From Oikopleura dioica (Eukaryota; Animalia; Chordata), in assembly GCA_907165135.1 (NCBI GenBank), contig OU015567.1, positions 4,650,001-4,714,000 of the forward strand: a stretch of 64,000 nucleotides of DNA. The letters run 5' to 3'. The position numbers and the translations under genes are program-made. Under the pieces are notes generated by a model that did not search any database, was not told the DNA's origin, and was given only the letters and a program-made list of their open reading frames with translations. Shown here piece by piece: positions 44,931 to 56,631 of this stretch (positions within the stretch are counted from its first letter, which is position 1; each line of letters opens with the position of its first letter).

Positions 44931-46327
44931 ATATGTTATTCAATTTCAAGCAAAGTTATTGTTCAGTTGAGCAAAAGAAAAATAAAATTTCCTCAAATTT
45001 CAAAAGAGCTCAAAACAGCCGGAAATGTGTTTTCAACCGCGAAAAAGAGCTTCTTGCCCACAAGCTGGCTCTTTTCACTCGTCGAGAGGTTCTTGTGGCT
45101 GACACGGGAATTGGGTTAATTACGAGTTAAAATAGTCATCGGCTCTAGAAAGCCAATTTTTGACATTTGGCCGGCGATTTGGCGCGGATAAATTAACCAG
45201 GCTTGACTTTTTGTTTCCAAATATTTGCAAAAATGAACATAAAACTTGCGAAAATTAAGCGAAAATATCACTTTCATTTTCGAACCTGCATTTTCTTCCT
45301 TGGAAAAAGCTTTCTTCCGGTTTCGGGACTTCGAATTACGCGAAATATAAAATTTGCGGGAGCGCTGAAAATACATAATTTTCAAAACTCCGAACATATA
45401 TTAGCGAAAAAATCTGGAGAAATTCTGTTCCAAGAACTTTCCATTTCAAGCTCGAATCTAAACAACTTTCGCTAATCTCGGGAAAAATGGAACCTATCAG
45501 CCCTCTTTTCCGCGGCTTAGAATAATTTATCGGGTGTTTATGGACACGTAAGAGGGCTTCTTAGCTCGCTTTTTTATCGCTGAATATTTTGAGTTTTTTG
45601 AGAAAAGCGCATGAATGAACCGTTTTTTTTTGGTAACCGGAGCAATAATTCGTTGAAACCGGTTGAATGAGGGCATATATGCGCTCCGCGCCTTATTTCA
45701 GAGATAAACTCTTTTTTGAATATGCTGTCATAATTTCAGCCGCGCCTTTAGTCAGTTTTTTTATGAAAAATCGAGTTGTGAACCTAGCGGGAGGACCGCC
45801 TTTCAAAACGAGTAATTCTGTAACCCTAACGAATTATTCGTTTTAAGCGAATTATTTTTACGGCTGTTTGCCCTTGAAAATAATTCGTTAGGGCAACGAA
45901 TAATTCGTTGCAACGACGTTTCTCTTTCGTAAAATCGCGAAAGTGGCAATTTACAAGGTTGAGGTGCCGCAGCGGAAATATGCGCTGTCCTGAAACCGGT
46001 TTTGGGACATTGATGTGGTTGGAACAAAGCCAAGAAAAAGGTGGAAGGAGCACTTTTGACGAAAAGTGGTTTCTTCACGTGAACAAATCAGGTTCGACCA
46101 GTTCAGGACTTCTATTTTACCTACCGGTTAAACCGGTAGTTAACAAAATAAACCAGAAAAATGCCAATGGTCAACTAGAGATATAATTTTTAAAAATATT
46201 TTGTTATTACTAAATTCATATGCATTTTGTTAATACCTTCATAATCCTCCCTAAAGCCGATCAGCGCTCCAATTTTATTTATTTTTTTCCGCTTTAAAAT
46301 TTTTCCCGCAAAATAATTGAATTGAAA

Positions 46328-48938
46328 ATGAGGATTTTAACATTTATTCTTTTATCATTTTCAAATGCGAAAAAATCAAAGAAGAAAGAGATCGACCCTA
46401 TGTCGGTAAAAAAAGCTCGAGCCTCCCTCTGTGTCGAAGAAAGAAATAGATTTTGATCCAACAAACATGTGGCATATTGAAGCAATCACAGGGCCAATCA
46501 AGTATCACGACAGAATTCTCAAGAAGACAGAGGAAAACGGTGTGGAGAAGAGGGTTGGTTTTCACTGCACTTTTGAGTCGGGAAAATTGTGCAGAGAGTG
46601 GTCGGGGCTGGATTTGAGGATGCAGTATTTTATGAAACTGGTTAAGAAAGAAAATGAAGAAGCTGAAGTTTATGATTTTACGGTCCGCAAAGGGCCTGGT
46701 CATAGTATGGGATAAAGAGAAAAAACTCCAAAGAAAAAAGAGCTTAAAAAACCTGTGTTAAAACCTGAGTTAGGATTTGAAAGAGCTTATGCGGCTTTTT
46801 GTAGCCTTCAAGAACCTGAGTCAGGTTTTCTACACAGGTTTCTGAGTCCAGTTTTCGATCCAAATAGCGAGAAAATGGGTTTTCTTTCTATTTTCCTATC
46901 CCTTGATAGAGCATTCTCACTGGCCCACGAGTCGACCACACTCACAAAAGCATCGGAGGCCGCTATGTCGTGGCCAGCATGAATGAGGGAAGAGAAAACG
47001 ACGTCTTTATCCTTGCCTCTCCGACGATCAAATTCACCGAGCCCGTCTACTGCCTGAAGTACTGGTACCTCGCTTACGGAGAAGTAACTCGAGAGTTGAA
47101 AGTTACGCTTTTTCCGCGACGAGTAATGATCGACAAGACCTTCGAACGACATTTGAAAGATCGGAAAATGTGATCGACTGGAAATTTGCGCAAATCAAAA
47201 TCGACGCTGTCCATTTGACGGAACCACTTCAAGAAGCTGTTTTTGTTTTTCATACAAAAAGGGGGCCGATTTTCGATCAGACATCGCCATCGACGATATT
47301 CAACTGGATCCAGAAGCTTGTCCACTTTTTCCAATGCCGCCGCCGAAGACGACTCCGGCTCCAACTGGGCCCACTACTGCTTGGACTCCAGGAATGAGCT
47401 TCAACGATTTATGAGCTTCATTTTCTAACTGTTCCATATCATTTTTTAAAGCTCAAGAGAAGTCGCCCTAACGACAAAGGCGTTTGCAACGCGAAAACCC
47501 CTCCAACTCGCGAAGAAATTCAAGCCAATGGTTCACCAATTCGCCTATAACTAGGCTTAACGGACTAAAATTTGGCTACTTTTTCTAGCCTAGTAAGGGG
47601 TTATTTGACACAGTTTTAGAAAGCCCAGAAGCTGAGCTTTCCTTTGGGCACCATATCAAGGGGTCTGGGTCATGCCCGCAAGGCAATTCATGGGACCTGA
47701 AGTTCCAAAATAGGCACAAGAACTCTTCAATCGAGTTTTTCGATGCCGGTCCCCCGCTAAGAGCAGTCAAGAATAGGCGTATTAGAAAGCTGAGACTCTG
47801 AGCTTTCATTTGAGCCCAAAAAATCTAGCAGGTGGAGGGTTTGTGGCCTCATGGGGGCGCTAGAAGTCGGGGTAAAGAACCGGAAGTTCTGGAAATTCCA
47901 AGATTTGAGTTCTAAACTCATTATTTATTTTAGGGTTCGACCGCGGTCCACTTTTGACCCCTTGATATGGTGCCCAAATGAGAGCTCAGCTTCTGGGCTT
48001 TCTAAAACTGTGTCATATAACCCCCTTACTAGGCTAGAAAAAGTGGCCAAATTTTAGTCCGGTAAGCCTACCTATAACGACGCAGGATTCCAGCCGCTCA
48101 GAAGACAAAAGCTACCGCCGACAAAATATGGCTGCGGAGAAGGTTGTTTCCGAACCATTTTCGTTTCTCTTTCAACTTTCAGGGTACGTTCTTGAGCCGT
48201 TGTACGGAGTTTGCTGTGGAAACATTCATTTTTCAAAGTCAAATGGGCCGAAATGCTGTGAATTGGAGGGAGGAAGTTTTATGACATATCAACCGAGGTC
48301 AGAATCGATTAAGAATTTTCCTCACTATTCGTAGAAAACAAATTTGCTGTGCTGGAAAACTTTTTGACTCTCGAAAATTCGGCTGTTGCAACGATCAAGC
48401 TTTTGAAAAACGGAGTCAATTTTGCTGCGGCGAGGAAATTCGAGAGAGATCGGAACCAGAGCGCTGCTGTGTTTCCACTCTCGGGTGGATAACTGACTAT
48501 AATCCGAAAGAAAAGCAGTGTTGTAAGGGTTCTGTCGGAAGTCTTGACAGAGTTTGCTGCGGTGGTGATTTGATTCCTAATGATGAGGTTTGAATCCGTT
48601 GTTTTCCTTATCGATAAAAATTCTAGAGATGCTGCCATCAGAGCGTAACTCCATCTCCTTCTTGGCGCCTCAACGGAGTCCGTTACAATCCTTCTAGCTC
48701 AAAGAGATGCTGCAGATCCCCTGACCTTTCAAAGTCGTTTCACAAGGCTGTGATTCAAGATAGCGAGGAGGAAATCTGCTGCGCTGGAAACGTCGCAAGC
48801 AAGCGCGACAACATCTGCAAAATCAATGCTGTCGGGGAAGAGTTCATGAGTAGAAGATATCCGGACTATTTCGTCGATTTTATTTTTGAAGATCCATCGG
48901 AATTTATTTTGGACCAATTCAGGGGAACAAATTTCTGA
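46328..48938 (+). pseudogene. MAM + Pro/Thr linker + galaxin-like Cys-Cys repeat secreted protein, copy A (disrupted)
   Basis: Signal MRILTFILLSFSNA; MAM motifs; two -1 homopolymer shifts in the MAM exon versus copy B; hAT MITE in a coding exon giving an immediate TAG. Confidence 0.7.
47552..48070. mobile_element. Non-autonomous hAT-type MITE (519 bp)
   Basis: 8-bp TSD CCTATAAC (47544-47551, 48071-48078); ends TAGGCTT..AAGCCTA; inverted arms of about 115 bp; empty site in copy B at about 57830. Confidence 0.95.
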
Positions 48939-49122
48939 AATTTTACTGAAAATAAAAAATAAAAGCAAATTTTTCAAAAAAGCGGCAAGAATTTCGCTGT
49001 TTTTCGTGTTTTTCTGACGATAATTATAATTCTTGGAGATTATCGAAATATCAACGCTCGTTTCTGCCAAAGAGTCAGCTCTGAAAATAATAAAAAAAGA
49101 AAAAAGAGAAAAAGTGGAGAAA

Positions 49123-50739
49123 ATGAGATTTTTGAAGCTTCTGTTGCTCCTTGAGCAAACCGTACTTGTGGATGCTTATGTCAATCCTTATCCAAGTAAG
49201 ACCCAAATCAACATCCATTTTCCGTAGTATCCTTCAGGAAGCCCATGCTTCACTGACGATCACGTGTGCAACAGGCGAGAAGAAGACTGCATCCCCGAAG
49301 GCCAGTTTCTTTACCAATGTTGCACTTGGGGAAAATACATGAGTTCCCAGTATCGCGAGGAAGTCTCTTGTCGGGTTGGAAATCGTAAGTTTTTCTTCTC
49401 ATTTTTTGTCTTTGAAAAACTCAATAAGCGCATCCATGCATGGGCGAAAATGCCTGCAAAGAAGATGAGTTCTGCCATCCGATAATTAAAAATCTCGAGG
49501 TTTCGAGCGACTACAAATGTGTCAAAATCGATGATAAATGTCACGGTAACGAGTTTCCAAGTGATTTTCTGTGTAAAAAATTAAGGGTATGTTCATTGCG
49601 AAAATGTTCTGTATGGCTCCTGCACGGGGTACATAGACGGGACTCATATGAACACATCAAAACCGCTGCGAGTAAATTCCGTCGACGACTGCTACAATCA
49701 TTGCGCCTCTTACCCGGTGAGCAGGGGTCTAAATATCAGCCGAAATCCTAGTGCGAAAGCGAAGCGAAAGCGAACCATTTTTTCAAATTTTTGCGAAGCG
49801 AAAGCGAAGCGAATTGTTCGCCCATGTGCGAAGCGAAAGCGAAGCGAAATATCATTGAAAATTGCGAAAAAAGCGAAAATGAGTTTTGCCCTGAAAAATC
49901 ATGAAACGAAAATATCTAGGAATGTACTGGGTTCGATCTGGACAGCAATGGCGGCTGTTACTTGGCATTTCAAGCCTGTGAAGAAGACCATCTCGTAATT
50001 AACCATGATAAAGACAATCACAAGTGGAACACTGCCTTTACAACATCGGCTCACTATCTTCACTACAGAATGAGTGACTGTACTGCTCCAAGTAAGTGTT
50101 TTCAGAAAAACTTGGCTCGGAAGCCTGAGTAAAAAACCTGAGTTCAATCAGAAAAATGATTTATGGACGGATCATCTTTTGTCTTTCAGACCCTGACTCA
50201 GGTTTTTGAGCCAAAAAAATCCGAAAAATAATTATTTTTTTCGAGAACGCCCGGCCCACTGCGATGTCAAAATCGAACATGAGCTCAGCAAGCGACTCAA
50301 CGAAGCAAAAGAACAAATGAAAGGACGAGTTAACGACTTTGAAATACTGGCTGATGCGCAGGAAGAAGCGAGAATTGCCATTACCGAGTTGAGGAAGAGT
50401 ACAAGCTCTCATTTGATCAACATTGTTGGTATTTTTGCGGCGATTTTGATCGTTAGAGCTATGATGATTTCTCTCAATTGCACGATTTGGAAGGAAAGGA
50501 ATAAGAAACTGGCGGTTGGGAGAAGACCTCATCAGCCGCATGATGAGTTCAATTACGACAACGGTAAAATAGAAAAGCAAGAAGAGCCCTCTTTTATATT
50601 CTCAGATACTGAGCGAATCTTACGCAACAGCATCCACTCAACCAAAAGCAAGGACTCACTTCCTAATTACGAAGCTGCAACAGCCGCGAAAAAAGCCGCG
50701 GAGATCGCGGACGCTGGCGCTGGAATTCACGCTCTTTAG
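49123..50739 (+). CDS. Type-I membrane protein with EGF-like and PAN/apple-like domains, copy A
   Basis: Signal peptide; HPCMGENACKEDEFC..YKC; VNSVDDCYNHCASYP|ECTGFDLDSNGGCYL (PAN-like); helical stalk; TM LINIVGIFAAILIVRAMMI; tail LPNYEAA. Confidence 0.8.
49721..49883. repeat. Intronic GCGAA-repeat insert present only in copy A
   Basis: gcgaagcgaaagcgaagcgaa units; copy B reads ccggtgagttttgccc with no insert; flanked by tgag. Confidence 0.8.
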
Positions 50740-50939
50740 ATGTTCAAAAGCACTTGAAATAAACACCAATAGATACTCCCATGATTTCCATATTCTTTCA
50801 TTTTTGCGATCTTTGCGCAATTAACATGTGATGATGAAAAAAACTGACTGGGCGGCGCAGGGCGGCGCAAGGCGGCACTAGGCGGCGCTATTAAGTGACT
50901 TCAAAAATTTTTTGTCTAATCGACAAACTTTTCGCGAAG

Positions 50940-51499
50940 ACTCTCAGCGTGCGTGGCCAGGTCTGATCGAAATGGCAGATCATTATGGACCAGCGGTGAG
51001 GCTAAATGTTGTCGCGTTTCCTCTGCCATATCATATCGCTGCTTGGAAAACTTCAGTTGGCCTTCAATGCATCGCAGATTTAAAACCTCAGCAAGCTTAT
51101 GAATACCTCGACTTGATGTTTGAATATGTTCGTTGTAAAATTAAGCTTATTTTTCATTGTTATTTTTAGCTTTTCCCAAATCAGGCTCCTTGGTGAAGTC
51201 AGTACCCAGCAGTCAGTAACTGAATTCATCGCCGATTCGGTCCAAAACCATCTTGGAATCGACAAAATTTCGTTTTTGGCGAACATAAATAGCGGCAACA
51301 TCGAATGGCTTACAAGAATTGATTGGAAATATGGCTGCTCACTCGGCGTTTCTGGTATTCTTTTTACAAATCACGAGTTTGAGGAGATTTTTAAGGAACC
51401 ACGGAGATTTTCGTGAACAGGGTTTACCTGAACAAATGGGTCGCGGATTACGACTTGGATTATTGGAAAGACATTCTCGATCCGATTGTTGGAGAATAA
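50940..51499 (+). pseudogene. DsbA-like thioredoxin-fold protein, copy A (exon 1 missing)
   Basis: Exons DSQRAWPGL..FPLPYH..TRIDWKYGCSLGVS|GTTEIFVN; the signal-peptide/Cys exon seen in copy B is replaced by a ggcggcgc-repeat segment at about 50850-50890. Confidence 0.75.
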
Positions 51500-52700
51500 A
51501 ACCAATAATATTGCTTATTTCCCTGACGATGGTTTTTTTAACTTACTTCATAATAAAGTCAGTTCTGAACATTGTTTTTGGCAAGACAAAATGACTCATT
51601 TTAAATGAGTTCAACGAATAGACATTTCTAAACCACGGTGATTGATGCTGTTTAGTTCGGCGGGAGATTATGGTCTTGATTTATCCAAACCGGATAAAAT
51701 AAGTGCAAACTTCCGAAAAAATTCTTGACAAGCATTTTTATTGATTTCTATTGTTCTCACATGACAAGTGAAATTCCATTTTTGACAAGATTCGCAGATA
51801 TTTTTAATTTTAAAATCAAATTACAAAATATTTTCAAATAGGAAGCGCGAAAAATATTGCTTCTTTTTGATTGATTCCTGATTTCTGCTGCGGACAGGCT
51901 TCTGGCAGGCGAAAAAGAAGACTAAACAAATGTAAATTCGGCATTTCACGCTTGTAGAAATGGTTTTGTCAACGGTTTATTTGTTAGTCAAGGTGAACAT
52001 CCTGATTTGACCTTGACAATCTGGCTGGCTTCTTTCAACATAAATAAAGTTAGAAAATGCGATTGATTCTAAATAAATTGCTGGCTCCTTATTTTTGAAT
52101 AGAAATGACGAAAATTTCAAATTCTATAAACATATGACGTATAATAAGTCTTTAAAATATATTTTTGAATAAATAAAACTTAATAAATTTCGTAATCAAT
52201 AATTTATTGAAATGAATATTCAATAAAAAATATTTATTTTTGGAATTTTTATCGAAATAACCGATGATTTTTGATGATTGGCCCGAAACCGAAAGCTCGA
52301 ATTAGCGACACCAAGCGAGCAGATTTCATTTTCTTTTTTTGGAGGACCTCCCGTACTGGAAGAATCTTAAGTAAAAGAAGAATCCTGCTCTTTGTGAATA
52401 TTTGGTTTCTTTTATCAAGAAAAAAAGACTCTTTTTTTACGTGAAGTTTTCAATCAAAAATTAAAATTTTGTTTATAAAAACAAAGTCACTCTTTCACGA
52501 AGTCCGCTCAGCGTGTCGTAATGAAGGGGCCAGTCTGAGTGGTGCGATGTTTGCGGTTATGACATCTGAGTTGTTGTGGACAGCGCGGTTGAATTAACCA
52601 GTGCTCGATAAAGCGACACTTGAGCTGCTTCCAGCAATCACTTCAATTTTGGGCCTAAAATTGGCCATTTTACGGAAGCAAGAGAAAATCAAAAGTTTGC

Positions 52701-55056
52701 ATGACCAAACTTGCGTTTTTCTTGAATTTTATTTTTCCATTTTTGATAAGAGCTCAGAACAGCGGAAGATGGGGCAGCTACAGTTACAGTAATGATGTAA
52801 GAGAAGCGAAAAAGATTGAAGAAGATGTCAGGAATTTTCAAAAACTGGGAATTTGTGGGACGAGTAGAGTGTTGCCGAATGAACTTCTTTTCAAAGGAAG
52901 AAAAAGAAGAGAAACAAACGAGGATGGGATTGAAATTTCTCTTATTCTATCGTTATTGACAGTTCTAGACAAATTCAATGAAAAAATTGTTATCGAAACA
53001 TTCTATAAAATTCAACTTTTTCTATGAGAAAATCTCTTATATTCGCGAAAGAGGGTGAAATCCGATTTTCCACTCTGCAAGAAAACTTAAAATTGAGCTA
53101 TTTCTCATTATATTTTTACGAAATCAGATGAAAGGAACCCTAAAATCAATTGATCTTTCTATCCCATGAAAAGACCCTTGAAGCAAGAAGCCTTGGCCGA
53201 ATCGTCGGCGGCCAAGAAGCCAGGCCTCACAGCTGGCCATGGATGGTCTACCTCGATTTTGACGGATCATCTTGTGGCGCTACCTTGATTCATCCGAAAT
53301 ATATCTTGACGGCCGTTCACTGTGTTTACCGGAAACCACTTCCGAGAATAATTATCGGTGCGCATGATAAAACAGATGCAGGGAATCTACAAGGAAAAGC
53401 GAAAAGGATTATTCTTTTTCCTCAGGTGAGGTAATTTTCAAAGAGATTTTTACTATTAAAATTTTCGCTCTTTAAATACTCCGGTTACATCCTCCGGCCA
53501 CTAGATCTTCTCAGTTCTTCACAAACTTTTCCACACGGGTTGGGGTTAAAAATCAAGATTTTTGTATTAAGAAAATTTTTATGGCTTTGAATTGCTATTC
53601 CATCTTGAAAATCTTCTAGTTCTACAAACCAATTGATTACAACAACGACATCGCCATCATCGAGCTCGAACAAGAAATCCAAATCACCGACCGCGTGCGA
53701 CCAATTTGCCTCCCTCCAAAAGACTCCTTTATCAACCCTTCTGTCGAGGGAACAACATGCGTCGCCGCTGGCTGGGGCAGTCTTTCTGCCAAGAAAACGA
53801 TTCTACCCGACAAGCTGCATGATGTGGACATAGAACTGATCGAGCGAGACACCTGTCTGCAAATTCCGGGTTATACGAATCAAATTTCGGAAAAGATGAT
53901 TTGTGGCGGTCATTTGGAAGGTAGGGCTTCTCGATTTTTCTGCTCGAGCAAAAAAAGTTCGCCAAGAAGGAACCTTCAGATAAACAATCATTCTTCTCAT
54001 CAAATTCGATTAAATCATGTTTACAAATATGAACCTTTAGGCGGCAAGGATTCCTGTCAAGGCGACTCCGGTGGCCCCCTTATGTGCCAACTAAGTGGTC
54101 CAGGTTCTCCATGGGTTATTTACGGAATCACAAGCTGGGGAGTAGGCTGTGCGAGAGCGTATACACCTGGAGTGTATGTCAAAGTCTCTGTTTTTATCGA
54201 CTGGATTGGAGAAGAGACGGGAGTGAAGCCTGGTTTGGAAGTTGGAAGTTATAGAAATTTGCTCCCTTTTGAACCAAATGTCAAAACAATCAAAGGTGGG
54301 ATCCGAATCTGAGCCTGTTATCATTCCTTCCTCTAGAAATCCAAGAAGAATCAGCGAATCCACTTGCCAACGCAAATTTCGCCTCTAGTTTTCAATCCGA
54401 GGCAGACACTTGGGAGCTCCAGAATCATGTGATTAGTCAGAAAGTCTGTGGTGGCGAGCTTTATGGGCCTTCAGGAGTGATTACTTCTGATGGTTACCCT
54501 TATCGATATCAACCGAATCAGAGTTGCAAGTGGGTCATTTCAGCGAGGAATCCGGCTAATAAAATTGTTCTGAAGGAAAGGATTCATGAAAAGAGGCGTT
54601 AGAGGCTCGTAAAGATATAATTGATTATTTTGAATAATCAAATAAATTGAAAATAAAATATAAATTGAAAAATTATTTGACAAATAAATTGAAAAATTAT
54701 TTGTCGGATTTATGGTTTCAAAAATCCTCTAAAGTTCAAAATTCTCGATCTCGATCATCCTCGCGAATGCTTCCTGAACGACAACATCCTGGTCTTCGAC
54801 TCAAACAACCTCATCATCGGAACTGCCCAATGCTACCTCGCTCCTCGAACAACTTGGACAGTTTCTTCAAAGGGCTTTCTGACGCTTTACTTCAACACGA
54901 ATCAGAAAGACGAGGGAACGGGCTTTATGGTCGAGTATCTCGAAGAAAGTGACAAGGAAGAAGAGCATGAGAGGAATTTGATGGCGACGAGAACATGCGA
55001 TGAAAACTGGCTTTTAGAGTCGCATTCTACAGATATCAAACAATTTTCATCACCAG
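52701..55056 (+). CDS. Secreted trypsin-like serine protease + CUB domain(s); 3' end truncated at the duplication junction
   Basis: Signal MTKLAFFLNFIFPFLIRA; RKRR furin-type site; RIVGG, TAVHC, DIAI, DSCQGDSGG; CUB CGGELYGPSGVITSDGYP..CKWVI; last exon ends ...QFSSP with donor gtaagg at 55057 and no recognisable continuation. Confidence 0.88.
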
Positions 55057-55211
55057 GTAAGGCTTTCTATTGAACCATAAAAACTTAATTTACATTTGTA
55101 CTTTAGTAGTCTAAGTATTTTGATACGAAAGGTCTATTTGAAAAACAATCTTGATCAAATAAAATTAAAGATGAAAATGGAAATTCATCTGATAAGTTTG
55201 ACTATTATGGT

Positions 55212-56628
55212 TAGGCTCCACGCTTAAAAAACGCTCCATTTTTTAACGCCCGATATTCAGGGTTTTTATTCTTTAGAATAGTTAAACATGTTCCTAGGAA
55301 CAAAAAATTGTATTATGACGAAAATGTCAGGTCACGTGATGACCCTTAAAAATTGCCAAAAAGTGCGAGAAATCGGCCAATTTTGGTTTTTGGTCACATG
55401 ACCCCCTCCACACCCCACTTTTTTTTTGGTTATTATATTTTCTGAAAGAGCTCAAAATTCTCTTCCCATCGATATGTGTCTCGACCCTGCCAATTGATAT
55501 CTCAACCCTTTTTCGAAGGGTTGAAAGTATTAAAACAGTGTTTTTTAAGGATTTTTTTTTGAAAAAAGTAAAATTAATCATAATAACATAAAAGTTTTAT
55601 GATAAAACCCAGTTAAACTTCCAATAATCTGCCTGTTATGGTCGAATTCGGCCGGAGGATCCCTTGGAGGACCCCTATGGTTGAAAACAAATTGGTGGAA
55701 GAGTAAATTTAACTTATTTAACTAAGCTTAACTAATTTAACTTGAATATCTTATTAAAGGGTCAATTATGACCGTCTCAGCCCCGTCCCTTGATTTTTGA
55801 ATTTAAGGGGCTTGACGGCCCTTCGGGCCGTCTCAGCCCCGTCCCTTGATTTTTGAATTTAAGGGGCTTGACGGCCCTTCGGGCCGTCTCAGCCCCGTCC
55901 CTTGATTTTTGAATTTAAGGGGCTTGACGGTCCTTCGGGCCGTCTCAGCCCCGTCCCTTGATTTTTGAATTTAAGGGGCTTGACATAGGCTGGGAAAAGC
56001 CTGAGTTGATCATTCTCAGTTGCGTCCCCAACCCCACCCACCTCCATCTGATGTTAAAATATATTTTCTTCCTATTTTTAGTTTTTATGGTTTTTACTTC
56101 ATTTTTTAAGTTTAGTTTTCCGTCGTCAAATTATCACAGGGCCCTGCCTTCGACTCTTTCTTCCAGCAGATTGTCTTCCACCAATGAGGTCCTCCAAGAG
56201 GTCCTCCGGTCTTAACCGACCAAAAGTGGCCAAAATACAAAAACAATCGTTTGTTTTATGAAAAAAGCCCCAATATTGTCTTTTATTAAAAACGTCACCA
56301 AAACGCTGTTTTTAAGCTTTCAAACCTTCAAAAAAGGGCTGAGATATCAATTGGCAGGGTCGTGACCTATATCAATGGAAAGAGAATTTTGAGCTCTTTT
56401 AGAAAATATAATAACCAAGAAAAAGTGGGGTGTGGAGGGGTCATGTGACCAAAAACTGAAATTGGCCGTTTTTGGCACTTCAAGGCCGATTTTAACCCCT
56501 TTCCGATTGAGATGAGAGGTTCATGTAACGGAACAAAATGTTCCTCATATACTAATTAATATTTATATTAGGTCGAAACATGTGATATCACGTGTTTTTT
56601 CGACACGAATTTTTAAGCGTGGAGCCTA
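55212..56628. mobile_element. Non-autonomous hAT-type element (1417 bp)
   Basis: 8-bp TSD ATTATGGT (55204-55211, 56629-56636); 19-bp TIR TAGGCTCCACGCTTAAAAA; internal inverted arms of about 200 bp (about 55350-55550 vs 56300-56480); no transposase ORF. Confidence 0.95.
55772..55984. repeat. 56-bp tandem repeat x3.8 inside the hAT element
   Basis: ccgtctcagccccgtcccttg... starts at 55772, 55828, 55884 and 55940. Confidence 0.95.
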
Positions 56629-56631
56629 ATT

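Larger units (their letters stand above)
46370..52622 (+). repeat. Segmental duplication, copy A
   Basis: Collinear with 56653-64000 from aaaaaatcaaagaagaaagag to gcgacacttg; differs by substitutions and TE insertions. Confidence 0.97.

Noticed and set aside
45640-45920. Repeated AATAATTCGTT / ACGAATTATT motifs
   Set aside because: Too short and few to classify; probably a repeat remnant.
51650-52050. Conserved minus-strand exon-like blocks in both duplicate copies
   Set aside because: Frame is preserved locally but a full gene model could not be built.
52500-52622. Near-identical 120-bp block (also 63880-64000) as a C/D snoRNA
   Set aside because: CTGA boxes are present but there is no good RTGATGA C box or terminal stem; more simply the protease promoter region.
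55772-55984. 56-bp array as CRISPR
   Set aside because: Units are contiguous with no unique spacers, no cas genes, eukaryotic context.
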